Shown here in pieces: positions 11,848 to 22,021 of a stretch of 64,000 bases of DNA. Positions within the stretch are counted from its first letter, which is position 1. Each line of letters opens with the position of its first letter. Below the pieces are notes generated by a model. The model was not told where the DNA came from. It was given only the letters and a program-made list of their open reading frames with translations, and did no database searches. A program made the position numbers and the translations under genes. The stretch lies in the sequence record PQ330092.1; one strand, given 5' to 3'.

Positions 11848-14800
11848 TTAAGAACCGATATTAATATTACTTTTAGCTAGTGAGTTAACAATTTGAACAT
11901 TTTCAACAGATGCAGTACTCAAAAATATTTGGTCTGAACGTGAAGGGATTTCAAATAGAGAGCCAAATTTTGAATTTGGATTTTGTGCAACTATAACAAT
12001 GGTACTAATATGTCTACCTAACTGTGAGTGTATGTAAGTACACAAATCAGTATAATAGAAACTTTCACCGAAATCCCAGTTATCAACATTGAAGTATTCA
12101 TTAGTTAATGCTATGACATTTTGACGAATTTCATCGTCACTCATTGTGCTGTTTGGTAATTTCACTACTTTAAAATCAGCTTTGTAATCTTCAGCAGCAC
12201 TGTTGCCAAATAAAGGTAAGTACTCAGCACTATGCCAAATAATACTATCACTAATGACTATTTTTTGTTCAACATCTTTGAACATATCTTTCAATTCAAC
12301 CGATGTAGGTGGTTTAGGAATACTACCAACAGCATTATTTTTCAACCAAACGTCAACTTCAGTTTTATATGAATTGGTTAATACATACATATCAATTAAG
12401 TTTGTTCTACTAGGATCAATGCGATTGTCGTCAGGTGCATAGTGTTTCCAATGGAAGTCTATACTAGTACGTGCATTAGTTTTAACAGTGTACTGTGAAG
12501 TAACATCTTTGTATCCATAATAATCTAGCTTCTGATTCTCGTCAGCATTAGTTCCCATGTTATTAATTGCACGATAAAAAGCCAATTCAGGACTAACAGT
12601 GCCAGTATCATCGGAATAAGTTAAATTACTAATTAGCTGTCCTAAACGATCATTGTTATTACCAACTGTTTGTTCAATAAAATAATATTTACCATCATAG
12701 TTAAAACCAACTAAAAATCCAGAACCTTTACTATATAATCCACTCAATGTGGTTGAACGAATTGCGTTATTTCTAACAAATTCAGTTCTTTTATATGCAT
12801 TCGGCTCTGCCAAGGCTTGTTCCATTGTATAAGACCACGATGAATCAAGAAGTGTGAAGGTATCATTTGGTAACGACAGTACTGATATAGTGAAATCACT
12901 ATTTTCCTGAAATACCAAAATACCACCATATTTTAATGCATCAGTTCCAGTCCAAGTAGGAACAATTTCTTTAAATTGGTTTGGTTCCAATGGTATACCA
13001 TTACTATCTACTTTCCTAGATGTAACAATAACACGAGAACCATCTAGATAGCCATTCTCTTGTTGAATTGTGTCATAAATTTGAAAATCTATATTACTTG
13101 TCAATCCTGAATTACTACTACTAGTAGTGTTAGATGATAAAATTTCAATCTTATCACTTTGAACTGTACCAGTACTAATATCAGTAATTTTTTTAGATGA
13201 TACAAAGTAAAATCTTACTTTTTCTCCACCCACAAAAATATATTCAATACCGTTAGCATCAAATTCCCAAGTTTCTGCTGTATATTTTACATTAATTATA
13301 ATTAAAACTTCATTGCCATTATATACAATCGTATCATCATTGGTACTTACTTCAATAGGAACCCATGATGTCGTTTCTTTGTCATGTACAATAACAAAAT
13401 CAGTTTTTTTATCTAGCATAGCAGAAATTGCTTGAACTTCAACCGAGTTAAATCTAGTTCTATATGGTAAAATGTACTCTATGGCTTGCATTCCACTTGG
13501 AACCGATGTACTCAGTACATAAAATCCATTATCCAATACACTAACTACACTAGCCCATATAGTAGTTCCAGAATTAGAAAATTTAATTAGAGTACCAACC
13601 TGATATGAACCATAAACTGTACCAGATGAACCCAAAATTCTACCATATGTGTTAGTTGTATAATTTGAATTGTATACCGGAGTCCATGCTTGTTGTATTT
13701 CAATACCAATTGTATTTGATGGAAACGCTTGGTAACGTTGTATTACCGCATTTTCACCAATCAATGGTTGAATATTGTCAATAACAATACTAGCATTTGT
13801 TTTTGTGGTTGGTAGCAATAATGACCTATTAAATTGTGTGTTTTCTTGATATAATGCACCATCATCACTAAAAACATCGGTATTTTGATACTTACCAGTA
13901 GGATCATTAATATCAATAAATCTTGATTGTCCACTATAAATTCTATTAATAGCTTTAGATTTAAGTACAGTATTGCCTAAACTAAGTGGTGCAATATTAT
14001 AATCTTCACCATTGACAAAACGGTTTTGTGTATAGTACATTTGTGGTGCACGTGCTTTAATCTGCTCAATAGTCTCTGCACTTTGTGCACGGTCGGACTC
14101 ATATTGTAATGAAAAACGTATATCCAATGTACTAGATTCATAACTTGACTGTGTTTTTGTACGATATGTATATTTTACGCTTTTGTTTTGAATTTCAGAA
14201 GTTTTAATGTTATATGTTTTACCATTACTAACACGATACCATACGCGGAACGTCCCACGGGGAACAACACCACTTCTTGAGTCTGGATACTTAATTGTTA
14301 TTTGATCTTTATCACGAGTAGTAACAGCAAAAATTGTTTTTAATTGACGATTAACAGTGTTATATGCAATACTTTCCATTGATGGAACTTTTGTCCATTT
14401 GGTACGAACAATACCATCTTCATTTATTTCTTGAACCCATACATCAGTTTCGTTGATATTATCAACGTTAATATCTTGTATACGGTTCTCTTCACGGATA
14501 GCATATTGATAATCTTGATAGGTCAATGTACCTTGCACGAAATATACAAAAAAACCAGTATTTGGTGAGCTAAATCCATTACCATCATTTTGATAAACAA
14601 TATATTTTTGCTCTTGTGGTTCTGGATGTCGTTCTTCAACACCAACAGACGTAATATCAGGATTCACTACTTCAAATGTCATAGATTCACCATTGACAGT
14701 TGCAATAAATGGAATACTGGGTGCTGTCATTGGGATGGTGTTCATTCGATATAGTTGACGAGAGACACCATTAACATCAATACGCTTGACTGGATTACCA

Positions 14801-15309
14801 AATTGGTTAGTACTAACAAATGAACTGTTCATTACTAGAATGAAGTTTTCATACCAGTTAGCATCCATCGGGTCATTCCAACGAATGATTTTATCTTTTA
14901 ATGATTCATTAAAACTATTACGAACATCTTGGTTTGTTTTAATTTCGGTTAATTTAGCAACTGCACGACCTGGATATGAGCGGCGTGGTGAGTAAGAAAT
15001 CATTTTAGCTAGTTTTAGTACTGATGCACGACGAGTTGCAGTATCTAAAAAGTTTTCACGTGTGTTCAAATCCATACGAAATGCCAAGTTCTGACCTAGC
15101 ATAGAAATCGTATCTAAAATAAAAATAAACTGGTCGTTTTCGATCCAGTCGTTGAATGAGTCTGGGTAAGTTGCACGTAGATAATCAATCATACTCTGAC
15201 GGATAGTATCGAAATCATAAGCCGTTAGATTGATTTTATAAAAACTTTCATATACTTGAGTCCAATCCTCACCACTATATAAATTAGACTGTCTTTTTTG
15301 TTGTGACAT
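11848..15309 (-). CDS. gp6: Baseplate wedge subunit, T4 gp6-like (1153 aa)
   Basis: N-terminus LTAYDFDTIRQSMIDYL...ENFLDTATRRASVLKLAKMISYSP and SAETIEQIKARAP...QNRFVNGEDY motif typical of gp6/baseplate J. Confidence 0.85.
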   Translation of the reverse strand: MSQQKRQSNLYSGEDWTQVYESFYKINLTAYDFDTIRQSMIDYLRATYPDSFNDWIENDQFIFILDTISMLGQNLAFRMDLNTRENFLDTATRRASVLKLAKMISYSPRRSYPGRAVAKLTEIKTNQDVRNSFNESLKDKIIRWNDPMDANWYENFILVMNSSFVSTNQFGNPVKRIDVNGVSRQLYRMNTIPMTAPSIPFIATVNGESMTFEVVNPDITSVGVEERHPEPQEQKYIVYQNDGNGFSSPNTGFFVYFVQGTLTYQDYQYAIREENRIQDINVDNINETDVWVQEINEDGIVRTKWTKVPSMESIAYNTVNRQLKTIFAVTTRDKDQITIKYPDSRSGVVPRGTFRVWYRVSNGKTYNIKTSEIQNKSVKYTYRTKTQSSYESSTLDIRFSLQYESDRAQSAETIEQIKARAPQMYYTQNRFVNGEDYNIAPLSLGNTVLKSKAINRIYSGQSRFIDINDPTGKYQNTDVFSDDGALYQENTQFNRSLLLPTTKTNASIVIDNIQPLIGENAVIQRYQAFPSNTIGIEIQQAWTPVYNSNYTTNTYGRILGSSGTVYGSYQVGTLIKFSNSGTTIWASVVSVLDNGFYVLSTSVPSGMQAIEYILPYRTRFNSVEVQAISAMLDKKTDFVIVHDKETTSWVPIEVSTNDDTIVYNGNEVLIIINVKYTAETWEFDANGIEYIFVGGEKVRFYFVSSKKITDISTGTVQSDKIEILSSNTTSSSNSGLTSNIDFQIYDTIQQENGYLDGSRVIVTSRKVDSNGIPLEPNQFKEIVPTWTGTDALKYGGILVFQENSDFTISVLSLPNDTFTLLDSSWSYTMEQALAEPNAYKRTEFVRNNAIRSTTLSGLYSKGSGFLVGFNYDGKYYFIEQTVGNNNDRLGQLISNLTYSDDTGTVSPELAFYRAINNMGTNADENQKLDYYGYKDVTSQYTVKTNARTSIDFHWKHYAPDDNRIDPSRTNLIDMYVLTNSYKTEVDVWLKNNAVGSIPKPPTSVELKDMFKDVEQKIVISDSIIWHSAEYLPLFGNSAAEDYKADFKVVKLPNSTMSDDEIRQNVIALTNEYFNVDNWDFGESFYYTDLCTYIHSQLGRHISTIVIVAQNPNSKFGSLFEIPSRSDQIFLSTASVENVQIVNSLAKSNINIGS

Positions 15310-15313
15310 TATT

Positions 15314-16078
15314 TTAATCCTTTAATAATATGTTAAAATTATCATAAAAGTACTTTTTTAGTACTGAAATATAGTCTTCATTATACTTCAATCGAAGCAA
15401 ATTTATTCCATTCTCCGTACAGTACGTGTTTTTAATTTTATCATTGTGTTGAGTTTGTTTTAGTGATTTTGCACCACCCCAATGTTCTGAACATTGAAAA
15501 TGTTGTTCACCATCATATTCGATACACAAGTTTAAATCTTCAATATAAAAATCAAATGGCAATGTTAAAATATTCTTACAATTATCAAATCTCTTTTCTC
15601 TAACATATTTAAATGAAGATAATATAGTTTCTATATCTGATACTGCCTTGGATTGAGTACTATCTCTCATACATTTTTCACACCCGTATCTACTATTCAA
15701 GTGATTGTCAGGTCGCTGGTAGAATATACCATGTATGGGGCAACTTATTGATATATGTGTTTTATTATTAACATAATTAGCCATACTATAATCAAATTTA
15801 TTTTTAAATTTAAAATTGGCTTTTTTCTTGAAATTTAAAAAATTCTGTGGACTTTTTTGTCTATTTGTATTATATTCAATAGAACATTTCATGCATCCTT
15901 TACCACATGTATGGTCATTTGGTGTTTGTAGAAAAAATCCATGTTTTTCACAGCCAATCCATACTTTTGTTTTAGCATTATGATATTTAACCATACTATA
16001 GTCATATTGTATACCATGAACTTTTATTGAATTGGTTACAAATTTATATTTTGTCGATCTAGTGGTTGCATATTTCAT
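15314..16078 (-). CDS. Free-standing homing-endonuclease-like protein: two Cys/His repeats plus PD-(D/E)xK (Vsr/DUF559-like) nuclease
   Basis: Repeats YDYS..Y....V.I.C..HG.F.Q.P..H....GC..C; C-terminal LPFDFYIEDLNLCIEYDGEQH...DKIKNTYC..NGINLLRL; GGAG RBS. Confidence 0.75.
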   Translation of the reverse strand: MKYATTRSTKYKFVTNSIKVHGIQYDYSMVKYHNAKTKVWIGCEKHGFFLQTPNDHTCGKGCMKCSIEYNTNRQKSPQNFLNFKKKANFKFKNKFDYSMANYVNNKTHISISCPIHGIFYQRPDNHLNSRYGCEKCMRDSTQSKAVSDIETILSSFKYVREKRFDNCKNILTLPFDFYIEDLNLCIEYDGEQHFQCSEHWGGAKSLKQTQHNDKIKNTYCTENGINLLRLKYNEDYISVLKKYFYDNFNILLKD

Positions 16079-16104
16079 ACATCACTCCATGATTTATATA
16101 GAAA

Positions 16105-16111
16105 TATTTAT
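16105..16111 (-). promoter_or_regulatory. T4-like late promoter for the endonuclease-gp6 unit
   Basis: ATAAATA just downstream of the gp25 terminator. Confidence 0.6.
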
Positions 16112-16113
16112 TC

Positions 16114-16142
16114 AAAAAGAAAAGCACTCCGAAGAGTGCTTT
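16114..16142 (-). terminator. Intrinsic terminator after gp25
   Basis: Minus strand AAAGCACTC-TTCG-GAGTGCTTT-TCTTTTT. Confidence 0.9.
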
Positions 16143-16147
16143 TGTAA

Positions 16148-16543
16148 TTATAAAGACGATACTGAATATGTTGCCATTCTGTTATTACTTCTTGCATCGA
16201 ATACAATAGTAAGTTCTTCTAATGTATCCAATACTACGTACTGTAATACAATATTCATTTGGTATCCATATTCTATTCTTGAAATTTGCAATTTCTTAAG
16301 ATTTAAGCGTGGATCTAAGCTAATTATTCTACGGGCATCTGCTTCCAAAAGGTTGATAGTATTATAACCTTCCAATTCAAACAGCAAATCCCATGCAATA
16401 AAACCATAGTCAGCATCAAATGCTCTTTCGCCTTTTTTTGTATTGAAATGATTCATTAAATCTTGGCGAACCAATTCACTATCATACAATGTTTCAGTTC
16501 TACCCACTACTGGGGTAGAAAAACCTTTAAAAACAACTGCCAT
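16148..16543 (-). CDS. gp25: Baseplate wedge subunit gp25-like
   Basis: FKGFST...LYDSELVRQDLMNHFNTKKGER...YG pattern, 131 aa, baseplate context. Confidence 0.85.
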   Translation of the reverse strand: MAVVFKGFSTPVVGRTETLYDSELVRQDLMNHFNTKKGERAFDADYGFIAWDLLFELEGYNTINLLEADARRIISLDPRLNLKKLQISRIEYGYQMNIVLQYVVLDTLEELTIVFDARSNNRMATYSVSSL

Positions 16544-16558
16544 TGACTATTTCCTTTA

Positions 16559-17047
16559 TTATACGGATTCAACAATACGTGCCATCTTTTCCGCTCTTGA
16601 AGTGGTTTGTTTATACCATGTACTATCACGCAATTCCTTACCAGCAGTTTTATAATCAGCCTTACCTAATGCGGTCATTGCTTTTTTAAATTTTAAAACT
16701 TTGGTTTTGCCCATCTGGAATACCATCAACCATAATACACGTTGAACCTGTACAGGTGCGGTCATACCAAATTGTTCATAAATTGATTTTGCATCATTGT
16801 ACGCAGTTTGAGCATCTTTAAGAAGAAGTTGGTCAGCTTGTGCTTCTGTTAAACCATTCTTGAAATTTTCACCAGGTAAAACTAGGTGACCATAGCCAAT
16901 AGTATCAAGACCTAAGCTGTCTTTATATACCCAAAACTTATCATTTTTAAAATAACCAAGTTTTTTCTGATAAGCAATAGTTCCTTCAAATTCTTTAATT
17001 TCCTTAAAAAATTGCTCATCTGTATTTTTAATTTCCCATTTACTCAT
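16559..17047 (-). CDS. T4-type (GH24) lysozyme, possible endolysin
   Basis: E..(EG)...YKDSLG..TIGYGHL catalytic E/D/T pattern and S.WYKQT..RA C-terminus. Confidence 0.85.
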   Translation of the reverse strand: MSKWEIKNTDEQFFKEIKEFEGTIAYQKKLGYFKNDKFWVYKDSLGLDTIGYGHLVLPGENFKNGLTEAQADQLLLKDAQTAYNDAKSIYEQFGMTAPVQVQRVLWLMVFQMGKTKVLKFKKAMTALGKADYKTAGKELRDSTWYKQTTSRAEKMARIVESV

Positions 17048-17063
17048 AAAGATATCCTCGTTT

Positions 17064-17087
17064 TATTTATAGTACTAAAATATTTAT
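17064..17087 (-). promoter_or_regulatory. Tandem late promoters for the stand-alone lysozyme
   Basis: TATAAATA at 17064-17071 and ATAAATA at 17081-17087. Confidence 0.7.
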
Positions 17088-19747
17088 TGACATGCCTCTA
17101 AACGACGAGCCATTAACTCAGCACGGCGAGTAGTTTGGCGATACCAAGCTGAATTACGTATTTGAGCAGCAGCTTGTTTATAATTACCTTTAGCTAATTC
17201 AGACAACATAGTTTTAAATTTAAGTACCCCACCTTTACCCATCTGGAATACCATTTGGCATAGTACTTGTTGAGCCAAATAAGGTGTTTTCATGTTGTAT
17301 GAAGCATAAATTGATTTAGCATCATATATAGCTTTACTACTATCACGAACTAACATATCGTTGGCTTGCTGTTCAGTTATTCCATCTGAAAAGTTTTCAC
17401 CATTAATAATTAAGTGACCATAACCAATAGTTGGATACCCACGACTATCCAAATAACGCCAGAATTTACCATTACGATAATATCCTTTTGCTTGTTGGTA
17501 TTGTAATGTACCTTCATATTCTTTTAATTCAGAAATAAATTGTGCATCACCTGGAACAACTTTCCAATCGATTGCAGTTTTATCAACATTTCCAATATTA
17601 TAGGTAGGTTGCTCCACCGGAGTTGTTGAAGCTCCACTTCTCTGTGTTCTTCTCCTACGAGGCACATGACGAGAACCACGTTGAGAATATCCAGTACCTA
17701 TCGTTTTGATTTTTGTTGTAACTACCAATTCATCACTATCAACTGAAGGTTGTACAACTGCTTTTGGAGCAGATTGATTAGTTGCTTGACCACCAATTAA
17801 TGTTTTATTCGCCGCATCAGACCCTGTTCCTGTTTGTGAAGCATAAAATAATCCTGGGTCAACAGAACCACTGAATCCAAGAACATTTGCTGATGTAACA
17901 CGAATTTCAAACTGTATGACACCATTTGCTTTTCCAACAACTTGACCTTTTTGAACAACATCTTTGTTTAATAAATCAGATTGAATATTATAAAAAATAG
18001 ATTTATATCCAGACTTATGTTGTATTAAAAGAGCACCATTAGTAATTACTACCACACCACCATCTGGTGCAACTACATCACCTTTACATTGTATTTCCCA
18101 ACCTGAACGGTCTGCCTTTCCTCCACTTTGTGTTGGAACACCTTTCCCCCAGTAACCATATTGTCGAATAGTACCGCTACATGGCATTAACATATGTAAA
18201 CCTTCATATGTAATACTATATCCAGTCATCCCAGGATCAGATGTCATCAAATCTTGTGATTGAACTTGTTCAGTTTCTGATGTATAGTTAACAAACTGAA
18301 CAGCTTCAGTGTCTTGTGCTACGGGTAATTCTGGTGATACATCATTTGCTGGTTGTGGTTGTACTGGTGATTCACTAGAACCACTTCCACCACCTTGTCT
18401 TGGTGGTTCAACATAACTACCATGATTTTCAGCGTTAACCCATGCAGCAATATCATGAATGTGTTCATTAAGACCAGCAGATGGTGTTCTAAAGTTTGGT
18501 GCAGTAAATTCAGCAGTACCGCTATTACCACCACTATTAACTGTTAATGTTTGACCACCACCACTAATAATTGCTGATGATGATCCAATTAGGTTTGCAG
18601 ATGTTGCGGCAGAAATAGAAGCATTTGAACCAGCCGTAATATCAGTACTGCTACCACTTTGCATACGTAATGATGCAGCAGTAACTAAACGAAGGTCTGC
18701 CCCAGAATTAACAACAACTTGTCCACCAACTTTTGCATCAAGAGCACCAATTAGATCTAATTTAGTATTTGCACCAACTCGTGCATTGAAATCTTGTCCG
18801 GTTTCAATATTATATGAACGTCCAGCAGTAATATTAATATCTTGACCAGCACGAATATTAATATTCTTATCACAGTGCATGTCAATATCACCTTCACCAG
18901 TGAATTTTATACGTGCAGTGCCATCACGATTAATTAAAAGAACATCACCAGTAGCTTCTGATAAAAGAAGTTGTGCACCACTACGTGTTTTTATTACGAC
19001 ACCTTCATTTTTACGAGAACCAACACGTGTATCGTTTACTGGGTTATTAAATTGTGTATCTTGATATCCATCTGGGTCTTGATCCCACGTTGGTGCTGTT
19101 AATTCCTCTTCAGTATATCCATCATCAATAATAAAACTATTACCACGTGGCGAAGACATACCATATACAGTACTGGTGGTTTGTCGAGTACTACTACGAT
19201 TCGCCAACCCAGCTTCTTCGTCATATAAAAGGTTTTGCTTTTTAAGACCTGCGATAATTGGAACGTTAGCATATTTGTCTTGCATATCGGTAGTGATAGT
19301 GTTACGATCATAGTCAGTAACAGGAAGTGGCATATCAGTTCCACCATAATTACTTACTTCAGTTGCCATACCTGGAACCATCGTATTCATACGCTGGTCA
19401 TATACACAACCAATCCAATATGCTTGGAATGTACGGGCTTGTGCAAAAATTACAACAACTGTACACCCTACGTCTGGTGGTACTGCCCAAAAACCGTATC
19501 CTTTTGGATATTGACCATATGCATCAGCACTTGGAATACCTGGTGTTTTACCAGCAAAAGGAGACATGTAAGATGCTTCTATCCATGATTCTTTTGAGTT
19601 TTTATCACTTTGAGAACCTTGTATCCAAACTTTCAGTTTTCCTGATTTAGTTGGATCTCTGTTATCCATAACAGTTGCTAACTGCGGATAAGATGGGTCA
19701 AAACGACCCAACTGCTGTTGTGCATACTTTTTACTTGTATCTGCCAT
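17084..19747 (-). CDS. gp5: Baseplate central spike/tail lysozyme, gp5-like (OB fold, beta-helix, degenerate M23, C-terminal lysozyme)
   Basis: ATVMDNRDPTKSGKLKVWI and PPDVGCTVVVIF OB motifs; Gly/Ala/Ser beta-helix repeats; HIH motif; C-terminal YLDSRGYPTIGYGHL. Confidence 0.8.
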   Translation of the reverse strand: MADTSKKYAQQQLGRFDPSYPQLATVMDNRDPTKSGKLKVWIQGSQSDKNSKESWIEASYMSPFAGKTPGIPSADAYGQYPKGYGFWAVPPDVGCTVVVIFAQARTFQAYWIGCVYDQRMNTMVPGMATEVSNYGGTDMPLPVTDYDRNTITTDMQDKYANVPIIAGLKKQNLLYDEEAGLANRSSTRQTTSTVYGMSSPRGNSFIIDDGYTEEELTAPTWDQDPDGYQDTQFNNPVNDTRVGSRKNEGVVIKTRSGAQLLLSEATGDVLLINRDGTARIKFTGEGDIDMHCDKNINIRAGQDINITAGRSYNIETGQDFNARVGANTKLDLIGALDAKVGGQVVVNSGADLRLVTAASLRMQSGSSTDITAGSNASISAATSANLIGSSSAIISGGGQTLTVNSGGNSGTAEFTAPNFRTPSAGLNEHIHDIAAWVNAENHGSYVEPPRQGGGSGSSESPVQPQPANDVSPELPVAQDTEAVQFVNYTSETEQVQSQDLMTSDPGMTGYSITYEGLHMLMPCSGTIRQYGYWGKGVPTQSGGKADRSGWEIQCKGDVVAPDGGVVVITNGALLIQHKSGYKSIFYNIQSDLLNKDVVQKGQVVGKANGVIQFEIRVTSANVLGFSGSVDPGLFYASQTGTGSDAANKTLIGGQATNQSAPKAVVQPSVDSDELVVTTKIKTIGTGYSQRGSRHVPRRRRTQRSGASTTPVEQPTYNIGNVDKTAIDWKVVPGDAQFISELKEYEGTLQYQQAKGYYRNGKFWRYLDSRGYPTIGYGHLIINGENFSDGITEQQANDMLVRDSSKAIYDAKSIYASYNMKTPYLAQQVLCQMVFQMGKGGVLKFKTMLSELAKGNYKQAAAQIRNSAWYRQTTRRAELMARRLEACQ

Positions 19748-19760
19748 AATATTTTATTCC

Positions 19761-22010
19761 TTAATCAACTATACTATCGTGACGTTTGAGTGCACGAATT
19801 ACAATTGCAGCTTGAATTTGTTGTGTAAAAGAACCACCTGCACCAAAATCATGAACAATTTTATTAACACGATAAATTGTTTGGTTAAATGTGGTTGGTG
19901 TATTAATATCCAAAACACCAGTGTTATCATTTATTGATATTACTGGTTGTAATTTTAGTAATAGATACGCTTCAGATGTTATATAATTTGCTACATGATA
20001 ATCATCTGGGTTAATTTCCATATCTTCACCATTAATTACTTGTTCTAGATATTGTAAGTAAGAGTAATCACTCCACCCTAACCAGTACGGGTCGCCTACT
20101 ACACGCATATCGAGTTTACACAAAAAAGGTCTATTGTAATAGTTGTCACGTATTTTACGTCTATCCATTTCATATGTGCTGCTGTTATCGTTTAACGAAG
20201 CGGATAAAGTTGTTTCATTGTTAGTTGCTTCAGTTGGCATTGTGAACACTTCACCATAACGGTGACCAACACCATCAGTACCGCCATCGTTTTCTTCATA
20301 AGTGGTTACATAATCCTCAATATATTGAGGTAAAACATTGACTTGATAGTTATTATAACGGTCTTGTTCTTCTGCGTTACCAACCTGCATTTGATTTTTT
20401 GCTAAAGTTTCAACTTCAGTTAACAATTGTTGTTGGGCTTGTGTTAACATCCCTCCTAAATCACGAGTTACACGTAAATCACTTGTTTTTGCCCATGCGT
20501 CTGGTATACTATTGTATTGTACACCTTGAATATTGAGTTCTTGGGATGTATGTGTACCTGCATGGTTCGCTACATCTTGTATCGGACCAGGGTTACGTGT
20601 AGTGGCTACGAAAAATTGCTGATCAAATTTCAAATCCAAATCAAGTATCTCACTATTAAGCCCACTAAATTGATAATTATAAGTTTTCATGTTTATTTTT
20701 GGTTTTTGATCATTAGGATCTACGTATTTTTCTGCGTTCTCAAAAAAGTACTCAAATGTGAAATTTTCAGGTTGTAAATCCGATTCATGAACAATATCAC
20801 CTATTTTAAATCTAACAATATAAAAAATTACTTTATAAACAGAAGTATTACGATAATTATCAAAACCAACGTATTGTTTAACTGGTATAATGTTTACAAA
20901 TTGACGCACACTAGTACTATCATCGGCTTGTACAGTACATGTATCAATAACGTCATCAATAATTCGAGATATAGGAGTACTTGGGTTCCATGAAAAGTTT
21001 TTAGAACCTTGTGCACCACTTTTAGTTGTTCCGGCCTCTGCCATTTGTTTAGAATCATAGTTTATAAACAAATCTTGCAAATCTGGTGCTACTTTAAATT
21101 CGAAAAATTTACCTTCGGATAATTCACCAAATTTATATCTAAGATAACCATATTGTTGGTCAGCCATCTGATTTAATTTATCTTCTAAATCAAAACAGAA
21201 GTCACCAAAGTTTTCAGCAGTACAATTGAATGGTTCTTTTAAGGTCCATTCAATGTTATCAACTAAAGCTGCTCTATTATGAACTAAGTTCATAGTATAC
21301 ATCATAGTACTACCACTTTGTGAAGCACTTGCAGTAACACTATTAATTTTAACTGACCAGCGTCTTGTTGTTTCTGGGATAATTTCAGGTATTCCATTTT
21401 TATTAAAGCCAATAAACTTTAATTCCAAGATCAATGGCAAGTCCATAAATTTATGATATCTAAGTTTGTTACTTAACGAAATTAATTCATCATATAGACT
21501 CATACTATTATTTTCAGACATATTAAGTACTGCTGTATTAAAACAATAGTTTGTTGTCATTCCTGGTGTTGAAGGTCCAGCTTGTGTCATTTGTACACTA
21601 GTGATATTATATTTGCCAGTAACACCACTTTCTGATATCACATGTCGTTGCACTTCTGCATCTGGGTAAAGCCAAAAGTTTTTAAAATCATCTTTATCTA
21701 AGGCAAATAAACAAAAGTGCCAAGTTGGGTTATCATATTTCAATAATTTATTGTCATACGGTATTACAAACTGACTTAAATCGAGATCTTCATAAACTTG
21801 ATCAACACTAGCACTTTGTTTTGGTAATGATACTACATTACTTACATTTGCTTTGTAATTATTTTTTGTAATAGTTTTTACATCATTTTGTAATGTATTT
21901 GCTGTAGCTTTCAAACTATCAAGTGCATTAGATGTGATGGTTTTAGCCTTACCAGTAATACTTGTAATATCATTTTGAAAATTATCAACTGTACTTCGTA
22001 AATCTGCCAT
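19761..22010 (-). CDS. Putative baseplate hub protein (gp27-like)
   Basis: C-terminal LDMRVVGDPYWLG...IYRVNKIVHDF..G.FTQ pattern of hub proteins; lies between gp53 and gp5. Confidence 0.55.
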   Translation of the reverse strand: MADLRSTVDNFQNDITSITGKAKTITSNALDSLKATANTLQNDVKTITKNNYKANVSNVVSLPKQSASVDQVYEDLDLSQFVIPYDNKLLKYDNPTWHFCLFALDKDDFKNFWLYPDAEVQRHVISESGVTGKYNITSVQMTQAGPSTPGMTTNYCFNTAVLNMSENNSMSLYDELISLSNKLRYHKFMDLPLILELKFIGFNKNGIPEIIPETTRRWSVKINSVTASASQSGSTMMYTMNLVHNRAALVDNIEWTLKEPFNCTAENFGDFCFDLEDKLNQMADQQYGYLRYKFGELSEGKFFEFKVAPDLQDLFINYDSKQMAEAGTTKSGAQGSKNFSWNPSTPISRIIDDVIDTCTVQADDSTSVRQFVNIIPVKQYVGFDNYRNTSVYKVIFYIVRFKIGDIVHESDLQPENFTFEYFFENAEKYVDPNDQKPKINMKTYNYQFSGLNSEILDLDLKFDQQFFVATTRNPGPIQDVANHAGTHTSQELNIQGVQYNSIPDAWAKTSDLRVTRDLGGMLTQAQQQLLTEVETLAKNQMQVGNAEEQDRYNNYQVNVLPQYIEDYVTTYEENDGGTDGVGHRYGEVFTMPTEATNNETTLSASLNDNSSTYEMDRRKIRDNYYNRPFLCKLDMRVVGDPYWLGWSDYSYLQYLEQVINGEDMEINPDDYHVANYITSEAYLLLKLQPVISINDNTGVLDINTPTTFNQTIYRVNKIVHDFGAGGSFTQQIQAAIVIRALKRHDSIVD

Positions 22011-22021
22011 ACGTTACTCCA

